Positions 8,400 to 17,028 of a DNA stretch of 64,000 nt are shown piece by piece. The notes under the pieces are model-generated. The model saw only the letters and a list, made by a program, of their open reading frames with translations. It did not search any database and was not told where the DNA came from. Origin of the DNA: Candidatus Lustribacter sp. Its GTDB lineage: Bacteria; Vulcanimicrobiota; Vulcanimicrobiia; Vulcanimicrobiales; Vulcanimicrobiaceae. The first letter of the stretch is position 1; the number at the start of each line of letters is the position of its first letter. The stretch is from the NCBI GenBank assembly GCA_965277805.1, contig OZ255842.1, forward strand, positions 2,976,001 to 3,040,000, given 5' to 3'. The position numbers and the translations under genes were made by a program.

Positions 8400-10522
8400 C
8401 ACGTGGCGCTCCACGGCATGGCAAGCCGCCCGTATGGAATGGTCGCGATCATGCGAGCCCAGCCACCGAGCCCATTCGCGTGCATCTGTTCGAGAAGCGT
8501 CAGCAAAGACTCGCTGCGGCACTCCTGTTTTGATCCCGCAATCGCCGCCAGAACGTCGTGAAACGGGGCGAAACGCGGCCAGCGCACGATCTCCGTTGCG
8601 GTCGCATCCAGGAGTTCCCGCGCGCCGGTGATCCGCCCCAGCACGAGTGCCGCCAGTGCCAGAAGCAGTTCCGCGCGCAATGTTTCGACACTGTGCCTGC
8701 TTTCAACCGCCGCAAGTTCGCCATGCGCACATGCGAGCGCGTCGGGGGCGCCGGTCATGCCGGCGATCGCGCCGTACAGACCGATTTCCGCCCACCGAAG
8801 AGCGCGCGTCTCCGGCGAACTCTGCCTTCCCCCGCTTGCAACGAGCAGCGCATAGGCGTTGTCGAACGCACCCGACCACGTACTTTGGAGTGCCCGAGCG
8901 GGCATCAAGCCTTCCTCGACGTGCTGCAGGCTTGCTTCGATTTCTTCACCCGCAAGCTGAGCATCCAACTTCGCCAATGCAGGAGCGTTGCAGCGCTCCG
9001 CTTCGATCAGATATGTGCCGATCAGCGCGAAGCGACGAAAAATTGCGTTGCCGAGGCGCGCTGCGGCCTTGCCGATGTCGGTTAGCGCCTCGAGAGCTTG
9101 CAGCTGGTCGTCATTATATGAAAAAGCAACAACGTACGAGACGCTGCGAGCGACCGCGATGAGATCGTCGTTTCCGTGTTCCTGGGCAAGGGACGCCGCC
9201 AGTTGCGCGTGCTTCTGGGCTCGCTCAGGGTCGGCCGCGCTCAGGGCCACGAACGCCGCCCGCTGATGCACGGTCGCCCGTACGGCAACGTCGTCGATGA
9301 GCTCAAGCGCGGCAACGGCTTGGCCGACGCAGGCTTCGGCTTGCGCCTGCCGTCCGGCGCTTGCATGAGCCGTCGCGAGTGATGCCAAGATCGACACGGC
9401 GTGAGTGCCGCCCGCATGCCGCGAGAGCGCTTCAAGACGGTCGAATGCGTCGGTTCGCCCGCGCCGCAGCAGTTCGACCGCAAATGCGATGTCGATTCGC
9501 AAGCGTTGCGCTTCATCTCGCGCCAGCCGGAGAGCGTTCTCGAACCATGCCTCGGAAACGTCGTAGCGGCCGCGATAGGATTCATCGATCGCCTCGAGCA
9601 TGAGGGCGATCGGGATCTCGCGGCGTGTTTCCGGCGGAAGTGCGCTTATCGCAGCAAAGACGATGTCTGCTGCGTCACCATCGTGAAGATCGAATCCGTA
9701 ACAATCGAGGATCCGCTTCACGTCGATATGTGCTCGAGCCGCCACGTACCATTGCAATGCCGCGCCGAAATTGCCCGCCGCCTCCAATGATCGTGCGGCC
9801 GCCTCCCAGTTGCCGGCAGGAGCGCCGGGGTCTTCGCGCGGCGCGCTTACGTCGCCGGCGCCGGCGACGATCGCTCCGATGCAGCCGTCGTTGCGCTCCC
9901 GGAGCCATTCGATCAGCGCGGCGTCGGTCTCCAGTGACGCCGCAAGGTCGGGCACATCGCCGGCTTCGAACCGCAGTGCGAACTCGTCCACCGAAGCGTC
10001 CGCAAGTCCGGACGCCAGCCACCGCGGTAACGGCAACGCCGCCGTCGAACGGGTTCCGAGGATCCAGCGAACGTAGCCGCCGCTGGCTTCAGCCATGGCG
10101 ACGAGAAATCCAAACGCGGCGTCGCTTTCATCGATCCGATGTAACTGGTCGACCGCGATGACGACCGGCCTCTCGAGTTGTTCGGCCAACCACGTCGCGA
10201 TACTCCGCCACGAATTCGATTGGCGCCGCGCGCTGGAAACGGCTGCCGGCAAAAGCTTGAGCGCCCGGGGGGCTACGGGCGCCAACGCCTCCGTTAACCC
10301 GCGCGCAAACGCGGCGACGCCGGCGTGTTCCGCACCAACCGCGAACGTCACGACCGGTTCCTTGAGCATCGCGAGGTGCTGCTCGATGGCCACGCTCTTA
10401 CCGCATCCCGCGCGTCCATGAACCACCACGATGCGGCGGCGCGCCGACACGCGCAACCGCCGCGTGACGCGCGGCCGTGCAACTCGAGCCGGGGCCACAC
10501 TGCCCGGCGCTGCGGAGGTCAT
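8399..10522 (-). CDS. MalT-like P-loop (STAND-like) + TPR-type helical protein, no evident HTH
   Basis: RPRVTRRL, Walker A GRAGCGKS, Walker B-like IAVDQLH, LGTRS, LRF; long Ala/Leu helical repeats; ATGA overlap. Confidence 0.7.
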   Translation of the reverse strand: MTSAAPGSVAPARVARPRVTRRLRVSARRRIVVVHGRAGCGKSVAIEQHLAMLKEPVVTFAVGAEHAGVAAFARGLTEALAPVAPRALKLLPAAVSSARRQSNSWRSIATWLAEQLERPVVIAVDQLHRIDESDAAFGFLVAMAEASGGYVRWILGTRSTAALPLPRWLASGLADASVDEFALRFEAGDVPDLAASLETDAALIEWLRERNDGCIGAIVAGAGDVSAPREDPGAPAGNWEAAARSLEAAGNFGAALQWYVAARAHIDVKRILDCYGFDLHDGDAADIVFAAISALPPETRREIPIALMLEAIDESYRGRYDVSEAWFENALRLARDEAQRLRIDIAFAVELLRRGRTDAFDRLEALSRHAGGTHAVSILASLATAHASAGRQAQAEACVGQAVAALELIDDVAVRATVHQRAAFVALSAADPERAQKHAQLAASLAQEHGNDDLIAVARSVSYVVAFSYNDDQLQALEALTDIGKAAARLGNAIFRRFALIGTYLIEAERCNAPALAKLDAQLAGEEIEASLQHVEEGLMPARALQSTWSGAFDNAYALLVASGGRQSSPETRALRWAEIGLYGAIAGMTGAPDALACAHGELAAVESRHSVETLRAELLLALAALVLGRITGARELLDATATEIVRWPRFAPFHDVLAAIAGSKQECRSESLLTLLEQMHANGLGGWARMIATIPYGRLAMPWSAT

Positions 10523-11892
10523 GAGTTGAAGGCTTGATTACCGTTCGGCGCGCCGATCCCGGTGGGTCCGTCGTAGCCGGGCTGGGACTGGCAAAAGTAC
10601 GCTATTGCGCACGTGCCGTTGCTTCCCGACGTGATCGAAAAGAACGTGTTTGCATGATTGTAGAGTTGCTGCGCGCCGGCGTAGTGTTCCGGATGCGGTC
10701 CCATGGCAATGATCGCTGAAACGATCGGAGACCCGATACTCGTTCCCCCAATGACAGTCCAGCCGCCGCTCGAACCATTTAAGATACTGTCGTACACGGC
10801 CATCCCGGTCGACGGGTCGGCGACGACGGCGAGATCGTTCATCACTCGCATCTTGCATCCGGGATCGTGCTGCCAATTCGGCTTCTTGATGAACGCGCTG
10901 CACCCACTGTTCGTCAACGGCCAAACGACTTCAGAGAGCCCGCCCGCTGACTCATACAGTGTCGTTCCGCCGACCGCAATGACGTACTCCGAGGAAGCGG
11001 GGAACATGGCCCCATAGCCGCGGTCTCCGGCAGAAGCGACCACTGCGACGCCCGGGTGATTGTAATGCGAGTCGTATTGGACGTTGTCCGAGGCTTCGGG
11101 AACACCGTAGCTGTTACTGATCACCTTCGCGCCGGCGGCTGCTGCACGGTCGACAGCCGCTGCGAGATCGGGAATGTTCGAGCTCGACGCTTCAACCAGC
11201 ATGATATTGCAGGCCGGGCAGACCGCAGAAACCGTCTCAATGTCGGTGGCGGCCTCGACGGCCCAGCCAACGTTCAGCGCCGGATAATTCGTGCTACCGT
11301 CCTGAGCTATTTTCTTAAAGCATCCATTCGCGGTAGTGCATGGCGGCAACCCGAAGGTGTTGCGATAGACGGCGAGGTCGGCTTCGGCCGCCGGATCGTC
11401 GAAGGCTACCACGACGGCCACCGTTACGTGTGCGCCGTCGTTGAGATTGAGCGGGGGTAAGTTGTAGATCTGCTGGATCCAGCCCGGCAACATACCGCTG
11501 AGCAGTTCGGCCGGCGTAGAAGAGGGCTGAATAGGCACATCGGTGCGAACCTTCGCGTGACAGCCAGCCGGGCCGGGCGTGTTTCCCGCGAGGGTACATA
11601 GAGCGCTGCTGGTCGTTCCGTTGACTTGACCGATGGCCGGAAACGCGCTTAAAGGTGCCGGAAATGCACTCAACGGCGCGGGAAACGCGCTCAACGGCGC
11701 GGGGAAAGCGCTTAGTGCTGCAGTATCCCGGCGATCGATCGTTTGGGTGGAGACCGATGCGAGCGGCCGGTGTGCCGATAGGGCGGCGGATTCGAAAGCG
11801 GACGTCGTCGCAGTCGTCGTGGGTAATCCGCCGGCGCATCCTGCGCACATCACGACAAAAACGAGGCCCGACATTGGCCAGCGAAAACGCAT
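10519..11892 (-). CDS. S53 (sedolisin-family) serine peptidase, probable lipoprotein
   Basis: WAVEAATD (ExxxD), SAGD, GGTS and the calcium loop YDGPTGIG; RBS AGGAG before ATG 11892; signal peptide ending CAGC. Confidence 0.85.
   Translation of the reverse strand: MRFRWPMSGLVFVVMCAGCAGGLPTTTATTSAFESAALSAHRPLASVSTQTIDRRDTAALSAFPAPLSAFPAPLSAFPAPLSAFPAIGQVNGTTSSALCTLAGNTPGPAGCHAKVRTDVPIQPSSTPAELLSGMLPGWIQQIYNLPPLNLNDGAHVTVAVVVAFDDPAAEADLAVYRNTFGLPPCTTANGCFKKIAQDGSTNYPALNVGWAVEAATDIETVSAVCPACNIMLVEASSSNIPDLAAAVDRAAAAGAKVISNSYGVPEASDNVQYDSHYNHPGVAVVASAGDRGYGAMFPASSEYVIAVGGTTLYESAGGLSEVVWPLTNSGCSAFIKKPNWQHDPGCKMRVMNDLAVVADPSTGMAVYDSILNGSSGGWTVIGGTSIGSPIVSAIIAMGPHPEHYAGAQQLYNHANTFFSITSGSNGTCAIAYFCQSQPGYDGPTGIGAPNGNQAFNS
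11635..11715 (-). repeat. 21-bp coding tandem repeat: (LSAFPAP)3-LSAFPA
   Basis: Four units read directly from the sequence; all differences between units are synonymous. Confidence 0.95.
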
Positions 11893-12022
11893 AGTCTCCT
11901 CTGCATTTGTACGTTGGGAATCAGGTAAACGCCCAACCCTCATGGTCAAGCGATGGGTTGAGTTATTACCCCCCTGCTTGCCGCATAAACCGCCTAAACA
12001 TTTTCGCGATGTTCAAAGATTG

Positions 12023-12044
12023 CAATGCGACACGCGTCACATTG
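12023..12044. promoter_or_regulatory. CRP/FNR-family binding site
   Basis: aaTGCGA-cacgcg-TCACAtt versus the TGTGA-N6-TCACA consensus, in an AT-rich intergenic region. Confidence 0.55.
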
Positions 12045-12075
12045 TAAAGCTCGCTTTAAAAAACTCTGCGGACCC

Positions 12076-13056
12076 CTATAGATGGACCGGCACGAATTTA
12101 CGCGTGATCAGCGTCTCGGGATCGGGCTTCTTGTCGAGAATCCCGAGATCGACGAACGAAGCGGCGAGCACTTGGAGCGCGGCGTTATCCCAGGCGCCGT
12201 TGCTCGACATCATGTTCATGATCGCATCGTACGATTGCCCCATCGACGCCTCGCTGACTTCCTCGTATTTTGCCGCGATGCTGATCGTCTGGGCGCGGTG
12301 GCTTTTCATGTAGCCAACCGAACGGAACCAGCCATCGAGGAACTTCTTGACCTGATCGGGGTGCGCCGCCACGAAATCATTGCGCGCGAAGATGACATGC
12401 GTGATGAAATGCGGCACGGTCGAGCCGAAGTTCATCAGAATGCGGCCCTGCTGATGCTCTTGCATGTCGTAACCGAGTTCGGTGGCCGCGATGAAGCCGT
12501 CGACCTCGCCCGTCTTCAGCGCGGCCGTCTGGGCTTTCGTGTCGCCGAGCGCGACGGTCGCAATGCCCGTCGGACCCCATTGATTCTTCACCGCAATCTG
12601 TTTCGCGAGCCAGTCCGTCAGCGAGCCGGCCGTGGTCACGCCGATGCGTTTCCCCTTCAGATCGGCGGCGCTCTTGATCGGGGAGTCGCTCGAAACCATC
12701 AGCGCCATGTTGTACGGCGAAGCGGCCAGTTCGGCGACGCCGATCGCCGGCACGCCTTTGGCGAGAAACCCGAGTCCGGGTCCCGACCCCAGACCGATCT
12801 CGATGTTCCCGGACGTCAGAGCCTGCTGCACTTGACCGTCTCCGCGCAGCGCGGATGACTGCACCTGAATGCCTTCGCGCTGCCAGATGCCGGCCGCTTC
12901 GCCGACCTGGATCGCGAGAAACGCGAGCGACACCGCTTGCGCCGTACCGACGCGAATGACCGGCAGATCGGCGCCCGGCAGCCGCGCCGGCACGAGTGCG
13001 AGGCTGAGCGCGCACACGGCGATCACCGCGGCGATGGTTGGACGAAGAGCACGCAT
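12076..13056 (-). CDS. ABC substrate-binding protein, NitT/TauT (SsuA/NMT1-like)
   Basis: Signal peptide; SPIKSAADLKGKRIGVT and ALKTGEVDG motifs. Confidence 0.85.
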   Translation of the reverse strand: MRALRPTIAAVIAVCALSLALVPARLPGADLPVIRVGTAQAVSLAFLAIQVGEAAGIWQREGIQVQSSALRGDGQVQQALTSGNIEIGLGSGPGLGFLAKGVPAIGVAELAASPYNMALMVSSDSPIKSAADLKGKRIGVTTAGSLTDWLAKQIAVKNQWGPTGIATVALGDTKAQTAALKTGEVDGFIAATELGYDMQEHQQGRILMNFGSTVPHFITHVIFARNDFVAAHPDQVKKFLDGWFRSVGYMKSHRAQTISIAAKYEEVSEASMGQSYDAIMNMMSSNGAWDNAALQVLAASFVDLGILDKKPDPETLITRKFVPVHL

Positions 13057-13066
13057 ACGAATCTCC

Positions 13067-14005
13067 TTAGCGGGGTGCAGCGGCGTTTTCGCGGGGCACG
13101 GCGTGGAGATCGGCGCTTTTTCCGGCCTTCATCACCATCCCCGATATGGTATGTCCAACGATTTCTTCGGCGAGCTTCGCGCACGCGATCAGCGCGTCGA
13201 TGTCCGCGTCTATCGAATATCCCATCTGGACCGCCATGTGCGCGAAGTCCTCCGTCGAGATATTCCCGACCGCGCGCGGCGCGAACGGGCAGCCGCCGAG
13301 CCCGCCGATCGAGCTTTCGAAATCACGCACCCCGAGTTCGAGTCCGGTCAGCGCGTTGGCGATGCCCAGACCGCGTGTGTTGTGCAGATGCAAACCGAAC
13401 GTCATCTGCGGGAAACGCGGCTTCAGCATTTCGAGCGCCGCCCGGATCTCGCGCGGGCTCGCCATGCCCGTCGTATCCGCGAGGTACGTGAGCTCGATGC
13501 CGAGCTCGCCGTAAACTTCGACGATGTAAGCAACGCGCTCGACGTCGACCGGCCCCGAATATGGGCAGCCGAAGGCCGTGCCGACCACACCCACTAACCG
13601 GCTCTTGCTGCCGGCGGCAAGCGATGCGATGTCGCGCAAGACGGCGAGGTTTTTCTCCAGCGGCATGCGCACGTTCAGCTCGTTGAATGCATCGCTCGCC
13701 GCGCTGCCGACTTTGAGATCGTTGACCTCGGCGGCGAGGGCTGCTTCGGCACCTTTGGCGTTGGGAACGAACGCGCCGAAGCGCGTGCCCGGACGGCGCG
13801 CGATCCCGCGCATCACCTCGATCGCGTCGCTCATCTGCGGTACGACCTTCGGATGAACGAAGCTCGCGGCTTCGACCCGCTTGAGGCCGGTCGCACTCAA
13901 GGCGTCGATCAGTTCGATCTTGCGCTCCGTCGGAATAAAGGCGGCTTCGGTTTGGATCCCGTCGCGCGCGCCGACCTCGCTGATCGTGATGTGCTCAAAC
14001 GGCAT
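13067..14005 (-). CDS. Hydroxymethylglutaryl-CoA lyase family (DRE-TIM) protein
   Basis: EVGARDGIQ, FGCPY, LADTTG, HLHNTRG and GLGGCPFAP motifs; GGAGGAG RBS. Confidence 0.9.
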   Translation of the reverse strand: MPFEHITISEVGARDGIQTEAAFIPTERKIELIDALSATGLKRVEAASFVHPKVVPQMSDAIEVMRGIARRPGTRFGAFVPNAKGAEAALAAEVNDLKVGSAASDAFNELNVRMPLEKNLAVLRDIASLAAGSKSRLVGVVGTAFGCPYSGPVDVERVAYIVEVYGELGIELTYLADTTGMASPREIRAALEMLKPRFPQMTFGLHLHNTRGLGIANALTGLELGVRDFESSIGGLGGCPFAPRAVGNISTEDFAHMAVQMGYSIDADIDALIACAKLAEEIVGHTISGMVMKAGKSADLHAVPRENAAAPR

Positions 14006-14909
14006 GCGACGCTCCTCCGGGAAGCGCGGCGGCAACGGCCGTCGCGATATCGTCGAAGTGGTCGACCACGATCGCACCCGCATCGCGCAAATCGGCGCGC
14101 TTGTCTTCCGCCGATCCGCGGCCGGCCGAGATCACGGCGCCCGCGTGGCCGAAGCGCATGCCTTCGCGCGCGTAGCGACCGCCGATGTAGGCGATCAGCG
14201 GCTTCGTGAATCCGCCGCGGCGCAGCAAGTCGGCCGCACCTTCCTCGTTGCTGCCGCCGATCTCGCCGTAGCACACGACGGCCTTGGTCTCCGGATCGGC
14301 CTCAAACTTCTCGAGCAACGTCGCCCAGGTCGTGCCGATGAATCCGTCACCGCCGACGCCGACGGCCGTGCTCGTGCCGTAGCCCGCCTTCGTGAGATAA
14401 TACGCGATCGTCATCGTATTGCCGCCGCTGCGCGAGATGATGCCGATCGGACCGGGTTTGAACGCGGTGTTCATCATCTCGAGGCGTCCGCCGAGCCCGC
14501 CGAGCGTCGCCTTTCCGGGACTCAGCACCCCGGGACTATTCGGGCCGATGAAAAGACAGCCGCGTTCGCGCGCGAACGCGATCACGGCCATCGTATCTTG
14601 TTGCGGCACGCGCTCGGGCATGAAGTGGATCATTTTCACGCCCGCATCGATCGCTTCGAACGCGGCCTCCTTGGCCAACCGGGCCGGCACGAGAATGAAG
14701 CTCGCGTTGATCTCAGGATGATGTTCGCACGCTTCGCGCACCGTGTCGTACACCGGGATGCCCTGAAAGGATTCGCCGCGGCGTCCGGGCGTGACGCCCG
14801 CGCACACGACCGTGCCGGCTTGGACCATGAGCGCCGTGCGCAGGCGGCCTTCGCGCCCCGTCATGCCCTGCACGCAGACGCGCGTGTTCTCATCGATGAG
14901 GATCGCCAT
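13995..14909 (-). CDS. Succinyl-CoA synthetase alpha-subunit-like CoA ligase subunit
   Basis: VQGMTG, IGPNSPG, SRSGG, GEIGG and phospho-His motif RFGHAGA. Confidence 0.88.
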   Translation of the reverse strand: MAILIDENTRVCVQGMTGREGRLRTALMVQAGTVVCAGVTPGRRGESFQGIPVYDTVREACEHHPEINASFILVPARLAKEAAFEAIDAGVKMIHFMPERVPQQDTMAVIAFARERGCLFIGPNSPGVLSPGKATLGGLGGRLEMMNTAFKPGPIGIISRSGGNTMTIAYYLTKAGYGTSTAVGVGGDGFIGTTWATLLEKFEADPETKAVVCYGEIGGSNEEGAADLLRRGGFTKPLIAYIGGRYAREGMRFGHAGAVISAGRGSAEDKRADLRDAGAIVVDHFDDIATAVAAALPGGASHAV

Positions 14910-14910
14910 G

Positions 14911-15240
14911 TTACCAGCCCCTTCCGGGCGCGTCGCCGGCGGCGCGCAGCGCGTCCAGGTAGGCATCGGTTTCCGGTGTCGGCAACACGAACGAAAGCGC
15001 GCCGAGGCCATCGGCTGCACACGCTAAGTCGCAAGCCAGGCACTCGATGCAGCCGCCCTTGGCGGCCCGGTCGGGCGAGATCGCCAACGCCGGCAAACCG
15101 TCTTCTCCGAGCTTGAGGGCCGAACCGAGATTCGGCACGTTGCATGCGCTCACGCACGCCTTCGTCGTGCAGCCGGTGCAGACGTCGAGATCGATCGTGA
15201 CGGTGCCGCCGGAAAAGACGTTCCACGCCAACGCGTTCAT
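14911..15240 (-). CDS. 2x[4Fe-4S] ferredoxin-like protein
   Basis: CTGCTTKACVSAC and CIECLACDLAC; ATGA overlap with the beta subunit. Confidence 0.75.
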   Translation of the reverse strand: MNALAWNVFSGGTVTIDLDVCTGCTTKACVSACNVPNLGSALKLGEDGLPALAISPDRAAKGGCIECLACDLACAADGLGALSFVLPTPETDAYLDALRAAGDAPGRGW

Positions 15241-16511
15241 GCGACCGCCGTTCCGCGCTGCGAACGCCAGCACGCATGTAAGTCTTTGAAGGCTTCGGCG
15301 AGCTCCCGCTCGGTGGAATCCCGTCCCAACACGCGCACCCACGGATGCGCGCTCAGACCGTGCACGCGGAACAGCTCGATCGCCACGTCATCCCAGGCGC
15401 CGCGAAACGAAAAGACGCACGGGATCGTCGGCGCACCGCCGTGCGGCGCGAAGATCTCCTTGAACGCTTTGATCAGTCCGCGCGCCGTCACATCCAGTTG
15501 CTGGCTCGAAAGGCACGATGCGAAAACGTACCCTTCGATCAACGGCTGCGCCAGGATCGCCTTGGTGATGCGGTACAGCTTCGAGGCAGTCGGATTGCCG
15601 GAAGTATCGCAGAAGTTCATCGGCAGAAAACCCAGCGGCACGAGTTCGTCCATCACCGCCATGCTGACGCCGGTGCCGATGCCGTCGAATCCGATCGACA
15701 CCTTGCCCTGCGCTTTCGCGAGCGAACCATCCGGATCGATCTGCACGAAATGCGCCGAGCCGCGATGATCGTTCTCATCGATCTTCGCCGCCGCGAGTTC
15801 GAGCGCCGTCGGCAGCCGGTCACCGACCTCTTGGCTGCTCTCGATATTCAGCTCCGGATGACGAAACAGCGCGTCGTCGTCGACGGCGATGCGTGCGTCG
15901 AGCGCAACGAGTCCGTCCGCAGTTACAGCCAACGGATTGATTTCGGCCAACGTGCAATCGTAGCCGCTGTACACGTCGTAGAGCTTCGAGAGCACGCCCG
16001 CCAACGCGACCAGCACGGGCTCCGGGAGCGTCAGCGAACGCACGAGATCGAGGCACCAGTACACCGGCGCGCCGCGGCGCATGTCCACCGCGCCGCTGAC
16101 GGTCTCGCCTATGCCGGCAGCCGCCGCTTCTTCGATTTCAACGCCGCCGCTCGTCGACACGACCATGAGCGGCGCCCGCGCCATCGTATCCGATACGACT
16201 GCCACGTAGAGCTCGCGCTCGATCGTGCACTTCGCTTCGACGAGCAGCGTCTCGACGGTGCGTCCGTAGAGCGTACTGCCCAGCAGCGCAGCCGCTTTCG
16301 CTTCTGCCTCGGACGGATCATCGGCGAAGACGACGCCGCCCGCAAGTCCGCGTTTACCGGCCAAAATCTGGGCCTTCAGCACCACCGGTCCGCCGATCGT
16401 GCGAGCGGCTGCAGCAGCGCCGCTCGCGCCATCAACGGTTTGCCCCGCAGGCGTAACGATGCCCGCTCGCCGCAGGAGTTCTTTGCCCTGGTGCTCGGGT
16501 AGTTTTGCCAC
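15237..16511 (-). CDS. Succinyl-CoA synthetase beta-subunit-like ATP-grasp protein (divergent)
   Basis: LPEHQGKELL, VLKAQILAGKRGLAGGV, EINPL, ALDA and DDDALFRHP motifs; atypical ligase domain. Confidence 0.85.
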   Translation of the reverse strand: MAKLPEHQGKELLRRAGIVTPAGQTVDGASGAAAAARTIGGPVVLKAQILAGKRGLAGGVVFADDPSEAEAKAAALLGSTLYGRTVETLLVEAKCTIERELYVAVVSDTMARAPLMVVSTSGGVEIEEAAAAGIGETVSGAVDMRRGAPVYWCLDLVRSLTLPEPVLVALAGVLSKLYDVYSGYDCTLAEINPLAVTADGLVALDARIAVDDDALFRHPELNIESSQEVGDRLPTALELAAAKIDENDHRGSAHFVQIDPDGSLAKAQGKVSIGFDGIGTGVSMAVMDELVPLGFLPMNFCDTSGNPTASKLYRITKAILAQPLIEGYVFASCLSSQQLDVTARGLIKAFKEIFAPHGGAPTIPCVFSFRGAWDDVAIELFRVHGLSAHPWVRVLGRDSTERELAEAFKDLHACWRSQRGTAVA

Positions 16512-16559
16512 GATGGCGCAAGCATACGAACATGGCCCCGGATCGGCCTTGCGTAGGCC

Positions 16560-16988
16560 TTAGCCGGCCTCGGCGAGGGCGAGAATTGCAGCCGCCTGCT
16601 CTGAAGTGAGCCGTTCGGTCAGGTGACGGCGAACGGCGACCGCATGAACCGGCCGTGCACGGTCGACCGCCTTGCGGCCGGCCGGGGAAATGACAACCCG
16701 CGAACCGCCTTCCGGCGTCTTCGAACGAGTCAACAGATTACGTGCTTGCATGCGCGTGAGTTGATGCGAGATGCGGCTCTTGTCCCAACCCATGGCGATC
16801 GCCAACTCGCGCTGGCGCAATTGCCCATTGCCGAGATCGATAAGGCGCGAAAGCACCCCGTAATCGGCGGCAGAAAGACCGGTCGCTTCGGCAACGTCGT
16901 GACCGACCTGGGAGAAAACGGTTTCGCTAAAACGCTCCCAGGCGTGCCAGAGCCGGAGTTCGCGTGGTGTCAGCGGCTTGGTTGACAT
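16560..16988 (-). CDS. MarR family regulator
   Basis: GLSAADYGVL, wHTH WDKSRISHQLTRM; ATG 16988. Confidence 0.88.
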   Translation of the reverse strand: MSTKPLTPRELRLWHAWERFSETVFSQVGHDVAEATGLSAADYGVLSRLIDLGNGQLRQRELAIAMGWDKSRISHQLTRMQARNLLTRSKTPEGGSRVVISPAGRKAVDRARPVHAVAVRRHLTERLTSEQAAAILALAEAG

Positions 16989-17028
16989 GACAACCGCAGT
17001 ATGACACAATGAAGTTGACATGACAACC
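16980..17028. promoter_or_regulatory. Twin palindromic operators and overlapping divergent sigma70-type promoters
   Basis: GTTGACATGACAACC at 16981 and 17014; TTGACA-N17-CACAAT on + and TTGTCA-N17-CATACT on -. Confidence 0.7.

Noticed and set aside
7467-12075. Mobile element or prophage explanation for the lower-GC block
   Set aside because: No integrase, transposase, tRNA target or flanking direct repeats seen.
13995-16511. Housekeeping sucCD assignment
   Set aside because: Substrate-loop motifs are divergent and the context is not TCA; gene symbols withheld.
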